Assembly: GCA_000146045.2 (NCBI GenBank)
Contig: BK006943.2
Location: forward strand, 544,001 to 608,000
Reading direction: 5' to 3'
From: TPA_inf: Saccharomyces
Taxonomy: Eukaryota
Length of the DNA stretch: 64,000 nucleotides
The position numbers and the translations under genes are program-made. The notes beneath the pieces are model-generated. The model was not told where the DNA came from and did not search any database. It was given only the letters and a program-made list of their open reading frames with translations. Positions 11,195 to 23,642 of the stretch are shown in pieces. How positions within the stretch are numbered: the first letter of the stretch is position 1; each line of letters begins with the position of its first letter.

Positions 11195-11572
11195 ATGTCT
11201 GTTGTAGGATCGTTAATTTTTTGCTTGGACTGTGGTGATCTCCTGGAAAATCCTAATGCCGTATTAGGCTCTAACGTTGAATGCAGCCAATGTAAAGCCA
11301 TATATCCCAAGTCACAATTCTCCAATTTAAAAGTCGTCACCACGACGGCAGACGATGCGTTTCCATCTTCTCTTAGAGCCAAGAAATCCGTGGTTAAAAC
11401 TTCTTTGAAGAAGAACGAACTGAAAGACGGCGCTACTATCAAGGAAAAGTGTCCTCAGTGTGGAAATGAAGAGATGAACTATCATACTTTACAGTTAAGA
11501 TCTGCAGATGAAGGTGCTACTGTCTTCTATACATGCACTTCCTGTGGTTACAAGTTCCGTACCAACAATTGA
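11195..11572 (+). CDS. RPA12: RNA polymerase I subunit A12.2, 125 aa
   Basis: Two C4 zinc ribbons: CLDCGD...CSQC and CPQCGN...CTSCGY. Confidence 0.93.
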   Translation: MSVVGSLIFCLDCGDLLENPNAVLGSNVECSQCKAIYPKSQFSNLKVVTTTADDAFPSSLRAKKSVVKTSLKKNELKDGATIKEKCPQCGNEEMNYHTLQLRSADEGATVFYTCTSCGYKFRTNN

Positions 11573-11727
11573 TTGGGTTGTGTTCGCACATATTACAATT
11601 TGTACATTAATATCATCCCCGCTTTCATCATGTGAACATCTATAGAACATCATTTATAAAAACAAAAAATCTATGTACTGACGATATAATAGCGTACATT
11701 ATCATATTATTCTTACTATTTATCATA

Positions 11728-11735
11728 CTCATCGC
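11728..11735 (-). promoter_or_regulatory. PAC-like motif (GCGATGAG on minus strand) about -180 from CCT5 ATG
   Basis: Plus strand actcatcgc is the reverse complement of GCGATGAGT; followed by the 12-bp perfect palindrome gttctcgagaac at about 11742-11753. Confidence 0.3.
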
Positions 11736-11913
11736 ATCTACTGTTCTCGAGAACGTGTAAAGTGATTTATGCCATTGAATGAAAAATTTTGTTAAGGAAC
11801 AACTAGAAATATAATAGTGTCTTGGTGGATGTGGCAAATGAGGTGTGCGTGATAAAGAGCTACAAACTCAAAGTAATAACAGCTATCATCCATTTTTATA
11901 GCAATATTTGAAA

Positions 11914-13602
11914 ATGGCTGCTCGTCCACAACAACCTCCTATGGAAATGCCGGATCTGTCGAACGCCATTGTGGCACAAGACGAGATGGGTAGACCCTTT
12001 ATTATCGTGAAGGATCAAGGTAACAAGAAGAGACAGCACGGATTAGAGGCCAAGAAATCACATATATTGGCTGCTAGATCAGTAGCTTCTATTATCAAAA
12101 CTTCGTTGGGTCCCCGTGGGTTAGATAAGATCTTGATTTCACCTGACGGTGAAATCACCATCACTAACGATGGTGCTACAATTTTGTCCCAAATGGAGCT
12201 AGATAATGAGATTGCAAAGTTGTTAGTACAACTTTCCAAATCTCAAGATGATGAAATTGGTGATGGTACTACTGGTGTTGTTGTTCTGGCAAGTGCGCTA
12301 CTTGACCAAGCATTGGAGTTAATTCAAAAGGGTATACATCCAATCAAAATCGCTAATGGATTTGATGAAGCCGCCAAATTAGCCATTTCCAAGTTAGAAG
12401 AAACATGTGACGACATTTCTGCGTCAAACGATGAATTGTTCAGGGACTTTTTATTGAGGGCCGCCAAAACTTCTTTGGGCTCCAAAATTGTTTCCAAGGA
12501 TCATGATAGATTTGCTGAAATGGCTGTGGAAGCCGTCATAAATGTCATGGACAAAGATCGTAAAGACGTGGATTTCGATTTAATCAAAATGCAAGGACGG
12601 GTTGGCGGATCTATAAGCGATTCAAAATTGATTAATGGTGTCATTTTGGATAAAGATTTTTCTCATCCACAAATGCCTAAATGTGTTTTACCAAAAGAGG
12701 GCTCTGATGGTGTTAAGTTAGCTATATTAACGTGTCCATTTGAACCTCCTAAACCAAAGACCAAGCATAAATTAGACATTTCTTCAGTAGAAGAATACCA
12801 AAAATTACAGACTTATGAACAAGATAAGTTCAAAGAAATGATAGACGATGTGAAGAAAGCGGGCGCAGATGTTGTTATATGCCAATGGGGGTTTGACGAT
12901 GAGGCCAATCATCTACTTCTACAGAATGATTTACCTGCCGTAAGATGGGTAGGTGGCCAAGAACTAGAACACATTGCCATTTCCACAAACGGTCGCATTG
13001 TTCCAAGATTTCAAGACTTGTCTAAGGATAAATTAGGTACATGTTCCAGAATTTACGAGCAGGAGTTTGGTACTACTAAGGATCGTATGCTGATTATCGA
13101 GCAAAGTAAAGAAACAAAAACTGTAACATGTTTTGTTCGCGGTTCCAATAAAATGATCGTGGATGAAGCTGAACGTGCATTGCATGACTCACTATGTGTG
13201 GTACGTAACTTGGTTAAAGACTCACGTGTAGTTTACGGTGGGGGAGCAGCCGAAGTGACTATGTCCCTGGCTGTCTCTGAGGAAGCTGATAAGCAACGTG
13301 GTATTGATCAGTATGCATTCCGTGGATTCGCCCAAGCGTTAGACACCATTCCAATGACTTTGGCTGAAAATTCTGGTCTTGATCCAATCGGAACTTTGTC
13401 TACATTGAAAAGTAAACAACTGAAAGAAAAGATTTCCAACATTGGTGTCGATTGCTTAGGTTACGGGTCTAATGACATGAAGGAACTATTTGTCGTTGAT
13501 CCATTTATTGGCAAAAAGCAGCAAATTCTTTTAGCTACTCAATTATGTAGAATGATTTTAAAGATTGATAACGTCATCATTAGTGGTAAAGATGAGTATT
13601 GA
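11914..13602 (+). CDS. CCT5: Chaperonin CCT/TRiC epsilon subunit, 562 aa
   Basis: Track start 11908 is a TTG; ATG at 11914 gives [15 protein letters not shown]; group II chaperonin signature [12 protein letters not shown]. Confidence 0.94.
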
Positions 13603-13808
13603 TTTTGTATAAATAAATAATAAAAGATAAGTTTTAATCACATATCCCACAATTTTTTTTCTCAGATCAGCATTTGGGGTTACTTGATTGTACATATACG
13701 TGTATATAATCAGTTGTATACGTATATTTAAATGAAGTGAGGGGCGTTTCAGTTATTTGCATTTGTTTTTGTACCTTTTTCCTTATAAGATGAGTCATGA
13801 CTCAATAA

Positions 13809-15158
13809 TCAAACCATGTTGAAAAGGCTGAAATTTCTAACAATTTCCGGACCATATTCCTCATAATCTTTCTTAGTGTGACAGTAGCCTTTGAATTCGG
13901 CTGTTTGTGCCAGCAGCGAGCCACCAAACCAGACAGCGTTTCTCTGCTTCCGATGAGAAATCACGGAAACATCTACACCAGTCGATTTAGTTCCACTTAA
14001 CAGCTCACTTTGTGCGATTCTGTTATTTACGATAGACTTTAGATCTCTTTGTAAACGACGTCCAAAATCTTTGAACATGGTAGACCCACCTGATAGTACA
14101 ATATTGTTGTATAAACCTTTACGGACGTCAATAGGGCAAGCCTGGATAGTTTGATCCACTACCGTGGGTAAAGGAGTCAAGAAGTCTGAGGATGCAATTT
14201 CTGGATTGAAGAAGATTTCAGGTGCTAAGAATCTTTCGTAACCAATATCTACGACTTTTCTCCTTGTCTTTTCTTGGTTTTCCACCACAAATTGGGCAAA
14301 TTTAGAAGGATCTTTATCGAATTTGTTAAACTCCTTTACAATATCTGGACAGACGTAACAGTATTCTTGCTTAATCTTTTCGGCAGTTCTCAAGGAAGTG
14401 TCTGCTTCACCACGTTCTCTTAGCAAGGATTGGATGAACAATGTGATGTCTCTACCGGCTATTGGAATGTTTTTAATTGCTGAGCCAATGACGTAACCTT
14501 CCGCCACTGGGATGACGTGGGTGACACCATCACCAGAATCTATAACAGTACCAGTTAATGATCTATCCGTGACTTTTGAAGAGGTCCATGACGCAGCCAG
14601 AGCCAAAACTGCTTGCACAGCAATATATAGACCAGCACAATTAAATGATTCAAAAAAAATCTCCGCCACTTGCTCTCTGTTTTCTGGAGGATTCAGTGGT
14701 GGTTCGGTCAATAGGAAAAAATGATCTTCAGGCTCTGTTCTTAAATACTTGAAGATGGAATTTTCCCAGAATCTTTCCATGTGATCCCAATTTTCCACTT
14801 GACCGTGTCTGATTGGATAGCTCAAAGAGTAAGAGGGTCCTTGGGATGCTACTAAAGCCTCATTTCCAATATAGAAATCCAAATCTTCTGTACCTCTTTT
14901 ACCGGATAAATTATTAGACAGCAAACCACCTGTTGCACCATTGAAATTGGTTGCAGAGGTGGAATTTCCAAAGTATGATGCTTCATTACTAACTGCTGAG
15001 GGCGCACCAACGCCCGAGGACTTCTTTGTATTTGAAGGTGCAGCTGTGGCTATTGCAGTAGGGAAGACCCAGGAGGGAGAATCATTACCGGCGAAACCGA
15101 GCTTGGTCAGCCCGGTACCATTGTCCATGACAACAGCGGGATTGTTTAAGTATGACAT
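13809..15158 (-). CDS. ARP3: Actin-related protein 3 (Arp2/3 complex), 449 aa
   Basis: [34 protein letters not shown]... actin fold with Arp3-specific inserts. Confidence 0.95.
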   Translation of the reverse strand: MSYLNNPAVVMDNGTGLTKLGFAGNDSPSWVFPTAIATAAPSNTKKSSGVGAPSAVSNEASYFGNSTSATNFNGATGGLLSNNLSGKRGTEDLDFYIGNEALVASQGPSYSLSYPIRHGQVENWDHMERFWENSIFKYLRTEPEDHFFLLTEPPLNPPENREQVAEIFFESFNCAGLYIAVQAVLALAASWTSSKVTDRSLTGTVIDSGDGVTHVIPVAEGYVIGSAIKNIPIAGRDITLFIQSLLRERGEADTSLRTAEKIKQEYCYVCPDIVKEFNKFDKDPSKFAQFVVENQEKTRRKVVDIGYERFLAPEIFFNPEIASSDFLTPLPTVVDQTIQACPIDVRKGLYNNIVLSGGSTMFKDFGRRLQRDLKSIVNNRIAQSELLSGTKSTGVDVSVISHRKQRNAVWFGGSLLAQTAEFKGYCHTKKDYEEYGPEIVRNFSLFNMV

Positions 15159-15415
15159 TGAATCCTAATTTCTTGCTCAATCGTGAGGCCTTACGGTAGG
15201 GCCAATTCTTGATTAAACTACTCTCATATATTTTTGTTTGAAACTTTTGAAAAGGGGTTCTCGCCATTTTGAAGCCGCGGACAGCCGGGTGACTACTGAA
15301 AGTCCTTATCGAAGGGTCTTCTTGAGCTTACGTTAAAAAAGAGCCATAGTAGCTTCACGAGAGAGTCATTGGTAAAGTGAAACATACATCAACCGGCTAG
15401 CAGGTTTGCATTGAT

Positions 15416-18400
15416 ATGGAACCGCATGAGGAGCAGATTTGGAAGAGTAAACTTTTGAAAGCGGCTAACAACGATATGGACATGGATAGAAATGTGCCGT
15501 TGGCACCGAATCTGAATGTGAATATGAACATGAAAATGAATGCGAGCAGGAACGGGGATGAATTCGGTCTGACTTCTAGTAGGTTTGATGGAGTGGTGAT
15601 TGGCAGTAATGGGGATGTAAATTTTAAGCCCATTTTGGAGAAAATTTTCCGCGAATTAACCAGTGATTACAAGGAGGAACGAAAATTGGCCAGTATTTCA
15701 TTATTTGATCTACTAGTATCCTTGGAACATGAATTGTCGATAGAAGAGTTCCAAGCAGTTTCAAATGACATAAACAATAAGATTTTGGAGCTGGTCCATA
15801 CAAAAAAAACGAGCACTAGGGTAGGGGCTGTTCTATCCATAGACACTTTGATTTCATTCTACGCATATACTGAAAGGTTGCCTAACGAAACTTCACGACT
15901 GGCTGGTTACCTTCGAGGGCTAATACCTTCTAATGATGTAGAGGTCATGAGACTCGCTGCAAAGACTCTGGGCAAGTTAGCCGTTCCAGGAGGTACATAT
16001 ACCTCTGATTTCGTGGAATTTGAGATAAAGTCTTGCTTAGAATGGCTTACTGCCTCCACGGAAAAGAATTCATTCTCGAGTTCGAAGCCAGACCATGCTA
16101 AACATGCTGCGCTTCTGATTATAACAGCGTTGGCAGAGAATTGTCCTTATTTACTCTACCAATACTTGAATTCCATACTAGATAACATTTGGAGAGCACT
16201 AAGAGACCCACATTTGGTGATCAGAATTGATGCGTCCATTACATTGGCCAAATGTCTTTCCACCCTACGAAATAGGGATCCTCAGTTAACTAGCCAGTGG
16301 GTGCAGAGATTGGCTACAAGTTGTGAATACGGATTTCAAGTAAACACATTAGAATGCATCCATGCAAGTTTGTTGGTTTATAAGGAAATCTTGTTTTTGA
16401 AGGATCCCTTTTTGAATCAAGTGTTCGACCAAATGTGTCTAAATTGCATAGCTTATGAAAATCATAAAGCGAAAATGATTAGAGAAAAGATTTACCAGAT
16501 TGTTCCCCTATTAGCATCGTTCAATCCTCAATTATTTGCTGGCAAATATTTGCACCAAATTATGGACAACTATTTAGAGATTTTAACCAATGCTCCAGCA
16601 AATAAAATACCACATCTCAAAGATGACAAACCACAGATTTTAATATCGATTGGTGATATTGCATATGAAGTCGGGCCCGATATCGCACCTTATGTGAAAC
16701 AAATTCTTGATTATATTGAACATGATTTACAGACGAAATTCAAATTCAGAAAGAAATTTGAAAATGAAATTTTCTACTGCATCGGAAGATTGGCAGTTCC
16801 CTTGGGCCCCGTTCTAGGTAAATTATTAAACAGAAATATACTGGACCTGATGTTCAAATGCCCTCTTTCCGACTATATGCAGGAAACGTTTCAAATTCTG
16901 ACTGAGAGAATACCATCACTAGGCCCCAAAATAAATGACGAGTTGCTTAACCTAGTCTGTTCAACCTTATCTGGAACACCATTTATCCAGCCAGGGTCAC
17001 CAATGGAGATACCATCGTTTTCGAGAGAAAGAGCAAGAGAATGGAGAAATAAAAACATCCTACAGAAAACTGGTGAAAGTAACGATGATAATAATGATAT
17101 AAAAATCATTATACAAGCTTTTAGAATGTTAAAAAATATCAAAAGCAGATTTTCGTTGGTGGAATTCGTGAGAATTGTTGCACTTTCTTACATTGAGCAT
17201 ACAGATCCCAGAGTAAGGAAACTAGCTGCGTTGACATCTTGTGAAATTTACGTCAAGGATAACATCTGCAAACAAACATCACTACACTCTCTGAACACTG
17301 TATCTGAAGTGTTATCAAAGCTTCTAGCCATTACGATTGCGGACCCTTTACAAGATATCCGTTTAGAAGTTTTAAAGAATCTTAATCCATGTTTCGATCC
17401 CCAGTTGGCACAACCAGATAATTTGAGACTCTTGTTTACTGCACTGCACGATGAGTCGTTCAATATTCAGTCAGTAGCAATGGAGCTTGTCGGTAGGTTG
17501 TCTTCCGTAAACCCTGCATACGTCATCCCATCGATAAGAAAAATACTACTGGAACTGCTAACAAAATTAAAATTCTCAACTTCTTCTCGAGAAAAGGAAG
17601 AAACTGCCAGTTTGTTATGTACTCTTATCAGGTCGAGTAAAGATGTTGCGAAACCTTATATCGAACCTCTTTTAAATGTTCTTTTACCAAAATTCCAAGA
17701 TACCTCTTCAACGGTTGCATCAACTGCACTGAGAACTATAGGTGAGCTATCTGTTGTAGGGGGCGAAGATATGAAGATATATCTTAAGGATTTGTTTCCT
17801 TTAATTATCAAAACATTTCAGGATCAATCAAACTCTTTCAAGAGAGAAGCTGCACTTAAGGCCCTTGGTCAACTTGCAGCCTCATCTGGTTACGTGATAG
17901 ATCCTTTACTCGACTATCCCGAATTATTGGGTATATTGGTGAATATATTGAAGACAGAAAACTCTCAAAATATTAGGAGACAAACAGTCACTTTGATAGG
18001 TATACTGGGAGCTATCGACCCATATCGCCAAAAAGAACGTGAGGTTACCTCTACTACCGATATATCTACAGAACAGAACGCCCCGCCTATCGACATTGCT
18101 CTTCTCATGCAGGGCATGTCTCCTTCGAATGATGAGTATTATACCACTGTTGTCATTCACTGCCTGCTAAAAATCCTAAAAGATCCATCCCTATCATCTT
18201 ACCACACTGCCGTGATCCAAGCGATTATGCATATTTTTCAAACCCTTGGTCTAAAATGTGTTTCATTCTTGGACCAGATCATCCCAACTATTTTGGACGT
18301 AATGCGTACATGCTCTCAGTCACTATTAGAATTTTACTTCCAACAGCTTTGCTCTTTGATTATTATCGTAAGGCAACACATAAGACCTCATGTCGATTCT

Positions 18401-21400
18401 ATATTCCAGGCTATCAAAGATTTTTCTTCGGTTGCTAAGCTACAAATAACGCTTGTAAGTGTTATTGAAGCAATATCAAAGGCTCTGGAGGGTGAATTCA
18501 AAAGATTGGTCCCTCTTACTCTGACCTTGTTCCTTGTAATTTTGGAGAATGACAAGTCTAGTGACAAGGTCCTCTCCAGAAGGGTATTGAGACTGTTAGA
18601 ATCGTTTGGTCCTAACTTAGAAGGTTATTCGCATTTGATTACACCCAAGATAGTTCAAATGGCAGAATTCACCAGCGGGAACCTACAAAGGTCTGCAATA
18701 ATTACTATTGGCAAACTGGCCAAGGATGTTGACCTTTTTGAGATGTCCTCAAGAATTGTTCACTCTTTACTTAGGGTACTAAGTTCAACAACGAGTGACG
18801 AACTCTCAAAAGTCATTATGAATACTTTAAGTCTACTGCTAATACAAATGGGCACATCCTTTGCTATCTTCATCCCTGTCATTAATGAAGTTTTAATGAA
18901 GAAACATATTCAACACACAATATATGATGACTTGACAAACAGAATATTAAACAATGATGTTTTACCCACAAAAATTCTTGAAGCAAATACAACGGATTAT
19001 AAGCCCGCGGAACAAATGGAGGCAGCAGATGCTGGGGTCGCAAAATTACCTATAAACCAATCAGTTTTGAAAAGTGCATGGAATTCTAGCCAACAAAGAA
19101 CTAAAGAAGATTGGCAGGAATGGAGCAAACGTCTATCCATTCAATTATTAAAAGAGTCACCCTCCCATGCTCTAAGAGCTTGTTCAAATCTTGCAAGCAT
19201 GTATTATCCACTAGCCAAAGAACTTTTTAATACCGCATTCGCATGTGTTTGGACCGAACTTTATAGCCAATATCAAGAAGATTTAATTGGGTCATTATGT
19301 ATAGCCTTATCTTCTCCCTTAAATCCACCAGAAATACATCAAACATTGTTAAACCTGGTAGAATTTATGGAACACGATGACAAGGCATTACCAATACCAA
19401 CTCAAAGCCTGGGCGAGTATGCTGAAAGATGTCACGCCTATGCCAAAGCGCTACATTATAAAGAGATTAAATTTATTAAAGAGCCTGAGAACTCAACTAT
19501 TGAATCATTGATCAGCATTAACAACCAGCTGAATCAAACGGATGCTGCAATTGGTATATTAAAGCATGCCCAACAACATCATTCACTTCAATTAAAGGAG
19601 ACATGGTTTGAAAAATTAGAGCGTTGGGAAGATGCACTACATGCTTATAATGAACGTGAAAAGGCAGGTGATACTTCCGTGAGCGTTACACTCGGTAAGA
19701 TGAGATCCCTTCATGCCCTTGGCGAATGGGAACAGTTGTCGCAATTGGCAGCTAGAAAGTGGAAAGTTTCGAAGCTACAAACTAAGAAGCTAATAGCTCC
19801 CTTGGCAGCTGGTGCTGCGTGGGGGTTGGGAGAGTGGGATATGCTTGAGCAATATATCAGCGTTATGAAACCTAAATCTCCAGATAAGGAATTTTTTGAT
19901 GCAATTTTATACTTGCACAAGAATGATTACGACAATGCTAGTAAGCATATATTAAACGCCAGAGATTTGCTTGTGACTGAAATTTCCGCGTTGATCAATG
20001 AAAGTTATAATAGAGCATATAGCGTTATTGTTAGAACTCAAATAATAACAGAGTTTGAGGAAATCATCAAGTATAAACAATTGCCACCTAATTCCGAGAA
20101 AAAACTTCACTATCAAAATCTTTGGACAAAAAGACTGCTGGGCTGCCAAAAAAATGTCGATTTATGGCAAAGAGTGCTTAGAGTAAGATCATTGGTAATA
20201 AAGCCCAAGCAAGACCTGCAAATATGGATAAAATTTGCAAATTTGTGCAGAAAATCTGGTAGAATGAGGCTAGCAAATAAGGCATTGAATATGCTACTAG
20301 AAGGAGGCAACGATCCTAGTTTACCAAATACGTTCAAAGCTCCTCCCCCAGTTGTTTACGCGCAACTAAAATATATTTGGGCTACAGGAGCTTATAAAGA
20401 AGCATTAAACCACTTGATAGGATTTACATCCAGGTTAGCGCATGATCTTGGTTTGGATCCGAATAATATGATCGCGCAAAGTGTCAAACTCTCAAGTGCA
20501 AGTACTGCTCCGTATGTTGAGGAATACACAAAATTATTAGCTCGATGTTTTTTAAAGCAAGGTGAGTGGAGAATAGCAACACAACCGAACTGGAGAAACA
20601 CAAATCCGGATGCAATTCTTGGTTCTTATCTATTGGCTACACATTTCGATAAAAATTGGTACAAGGCATGGCATAATTGGGCCTTAGCTAATTTTGAAGT
20701 AATATCCATGGTTCAGGAAGAGACTAAGCTCAACGGAGGTAAGAATGATGATGATGATGACACGGCAGTTAATAATGATAATGTGCGGATTGACGGTAGT
20801 ATCCTAGGAAGTGGTTCTTTGACTATTAATGGCAACAGATACCCGCTAGAGCTTATTCAAAGACATGTTGTTCCAGCGATCAAGGGCTTTTTTCATTCAA
20901 TATCTCTATTAGAAACAAGTTGTTTGCAAGACACGTTGAGGTTATTGACTCTTTTATTTAACTTTGGTGGTATTAAAGAAGTCTCACAAGCCATGTATGA
21001 AGGCTTCAATTTGATGAAAATAGAGAACTGGCTTGAAGTCTTACCACAGTTGATCTCTCGTATACATCAGCCAGATCCTACGGTGAGTAATTCCCTTTTG
21101 TCGTTGCTTTCTGATTTAGGGAAAGCTCATCCACAAGCTCTCGTGTATCCTTTAACTGTCGCGATCAAGTCTGAATCTGTTTCAAGACAAAAAGCGGCTC
21201 TTTCAATAATAGAGAAAATTAGGATTCATAGTCCAGTCCTGGTAAACCAGGCAGAATTAGTTAGTCACGAGTTGATCAGAGTAGCCGTTCTATGGCACGA
21301 ATTATGGTATGAAGGACTGGAAGATGCGAGCCGCCAATTTTTCGTTGAACATAACATAGAAAAAATGTTTTCTACTTTAGAACCTTTACATAAACACTTA

Positions 21401-22828
21401 GGCAATGAGCCTCAAACGTTAAGTGAGGTATCGTTTCAGAAATCATTTGGTAGAGATTTGAACGATGCCTACGAATGGTTGAATAACTACAAAAAGTCAA
21501 AAGACATCAATAATTTGAACCAAGCTTGGGATATTTATTATAACGTCTTCAGAAAAATAACACGTCAAATACCACAGTTACAAACCTTAGACTTACAGCA
21601 TGTTTCTCCCCAGCTTCTGGCTACTCATGATCTCGAATTGGCTGTTCCTGGGACATATTTCCCAGGAAAACCTACCATTAGAATAGCGAAGTTTGAGCCA
21701 TTATTTTCTGTGATCTCTTCGAAGCAAAGGCCAAGAAAATTCTCCATCAAGGGTAGCGACGGTAAAGATTATAAATACGTTTTAAAGGGACATGAAGATA
21801 TAAGACAAGATAGCCTTGTTATGCAATTATTTGGTCTAGTTAACACTTTGTTGAAGAATGATTCAGAGTGTTTCAAGAGACATTTGGATATCCAACAATA
21901 CCCGGCTATTCCATTGTCGCCTAAATCTGGTTTACTAGGATGGGTACCAAATAGTGACACATTCCACGTTTTGATCAGAGAACACCGTGATGCCAAAAAA
22001 ATTCCGTTGAACATTGAACATTGGGTTATGTTACAAATGGCCCCCGATTATGAGAATTTGACTCTTTTACAAAAAATTGAAGTATTCACGTACGCTTTAG
22101 ATAATACAAAAGGCCAAGACCTTTATAAAATATTATGGTTAAAGAGTAGGTCGTCAGAGACATGGCTAGAACGTAGAACAACTTATACGAGATCTTTAGC
22201 AGTTATGTCCATGACTGGTTATATTCTGGGACTAGGTGATCGCCATCCAAGCAACCTGATGCTAGATAGAATCACCGGTAAAGTTATCCACATTGATTTC
22301 GGCGATTGTTTTGAAGCTGCCATCTTAAGAGAAAAGTATCCAGAAAAAGTGCCATTTAGACTAACTAGGATGTTAACATACGCAATGGAAGTTAGTGGAA
22401 TTGAAGGCAGTTTCCGAATTACTTGTGAAAATGTCATGAGAGTCTTAAGAGATAATAAAGAATCATTAATGGCGATCTTGGAAGCTTTTGCGCTTGATCC
22501 TTTGATCCATTGGGGATTTGATTTACCGCCACAAAAACTTACTGAGCAAACTGGAATTCCTTTGCCGTTGATTAATCCTAGTGAATTATTAAGGAAGGGG
22601 GCAATTACTGTCGAAGAAGCGGCAAATATGGAAGCAGAACAACAAAATGAGACCAAAAACGCCAGAGCAATGCTTGTTTTGAGACGTATTACAGATAAAT
22701 TAACGGGCAATGATATCAAGAGGTTCAATGAATTAGACGTCCCTGAGCAGGTTGATAAACTGATCCAACAAGCCACTTCTATTGAAAGGTTATGTCAACA
22801 TTATATTGGATGGTGCCCATTCTGGTGA
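15416..22828 (+). CDS. TOR1: Target of rapamycin kinase 1 (PIKK), 2470 aa
   Basis: Single 7.4 kb ORF; HEAT/FAT repeats, FRB region ([25 protein letters not shown]), PI3K-like catalytic motifs [10 protein letters not shown] and HIDFGD, FATC tail ...GWCPFW. Confidence 0.97.
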
Positions 22829-23018
22829 CTGCGGTGTCATTTTTCATTTCGTGCTTTGTTTACTATTTATTTTTTTTGTATTACGCATTTGTATACGTGT
22901 GCAAGTATTGTGTATTATTATTATTATTATCATTATTTTTGTAATATCTCGTCATTATGTGAAATGAAGGATGATATAAGGTACATAAATTGTGAAATCA
23001 ACTCCATTTAAAACAACT

Positions 23019-23444
23019 TTATTGGATAGATGGCACATGGTACTTTTCACAATAGGTATTGGCAATATCAGTCCATTTTGTTATGAGCGGATGTTTTTCT
23101 TGCAAGTCAAAGTTTGGATCAAATATGGACTTACTAAGTACTTTGTTAATGCGTAATTCTTTTTGAGCATCAATATATGCCTTACTGAGGTCCTCATCTT
23201 CATCACCAAAACGTGTTCGTAGGCCAAGTAAAATCCCCATAATTATGCCAACTTGTTTCCCTAATTTAGCGCCCGTTGGGAAACCATCATTGAAACCCTC
23301 TTGCAGCTTTTCTTCTTTAGAACTCACTATTCCGTCCAAGTACCCCCTCTTGCTATGATTCTCTCTTAACTTCACTAAATCTGGAGATCGTTCAGTTTCG
23401 ACATCACTGTCTGATGCCCATACATCGTCCCAAGTATTCGACAT
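23019..23444 (-). CDS. YAE1: Yae1 (Lto1 partner, Fe-S delivery to Rli1), 141 aa
   Basis: MSNTWDDVWASDSD...; deca-GX3 motif region GFNDGFPTGAKLGKQVGIIMGILLGL; divergent from RFC2 with about 200 bp shared promoter. Confidence 0.9.
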   Translation of the reverse strand: MSNTWDDVWASDSDVETERSPDLVKLRENHSKRGYLDGIVSSKEEKLQEGFNDGFPTGAKLGKQVGIIMGILLGLRTRFGDEDEDLSKAYIDAQKELRINKVLSKSIFDPNFDLQEKHPLITKWTDIANTYCEKYHVPSIQ

Positions 23445-23527
23445 CTCTATATACTATTGTAACACTGTTCCTTTTTTGTTCTCTTCTATCAAAAACCTTT
23501 CTCATCGTTATTTTTCACTCTTTTACT

Positions 23528-23533
23528 TCGCGT
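23528..23533. promoter_or_regulatory. MCB-like CGCGT core (tCGCGTa) in the YAE1/RFC2 divergent promoter, about -110 from RFC2
   Basis: ttacttcgcgtatttc; 5 of 6 match to the MluI cell-cycle box ACGCGT, expected class of element for a replication gene. Confidence 0.25.
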
Positions 23534-23642
23534 ATTTCAAAGCAATCAGGAAGTAACTCAAGCGAACAAGTCAATGCTATAAGAGAAGTAAAATAGAGAG
23601 ACAGCGAGAAATACTGGGGGAAAGTATTGGCAATCACTTGAG

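Noticed and set aside
11742-11753. gttctcgagaac palindrome as a heat-shock element
   Set aside because: The TTC and GAA units are separated by a 4-nt gap (TTCtcgaGAA) rather than the contiguous nGAAnnTTCn arrangement. It does not fit an HSE.
22219-22776. 185-aa antisense ORF inside TOR1, and similar long antisense ORFs inside PTK2 (3601-4020), CBF1 (5115-5558), BIR1 (44650-45276) and BUD4 (57359-57778)
   Set aside because: They lie entirely within well-supported coding regions on the opposite strand. They have low-complexity S/L/F-rich translations typical of reverse-complement frames, no domain signatures, and most lack ATG starts.
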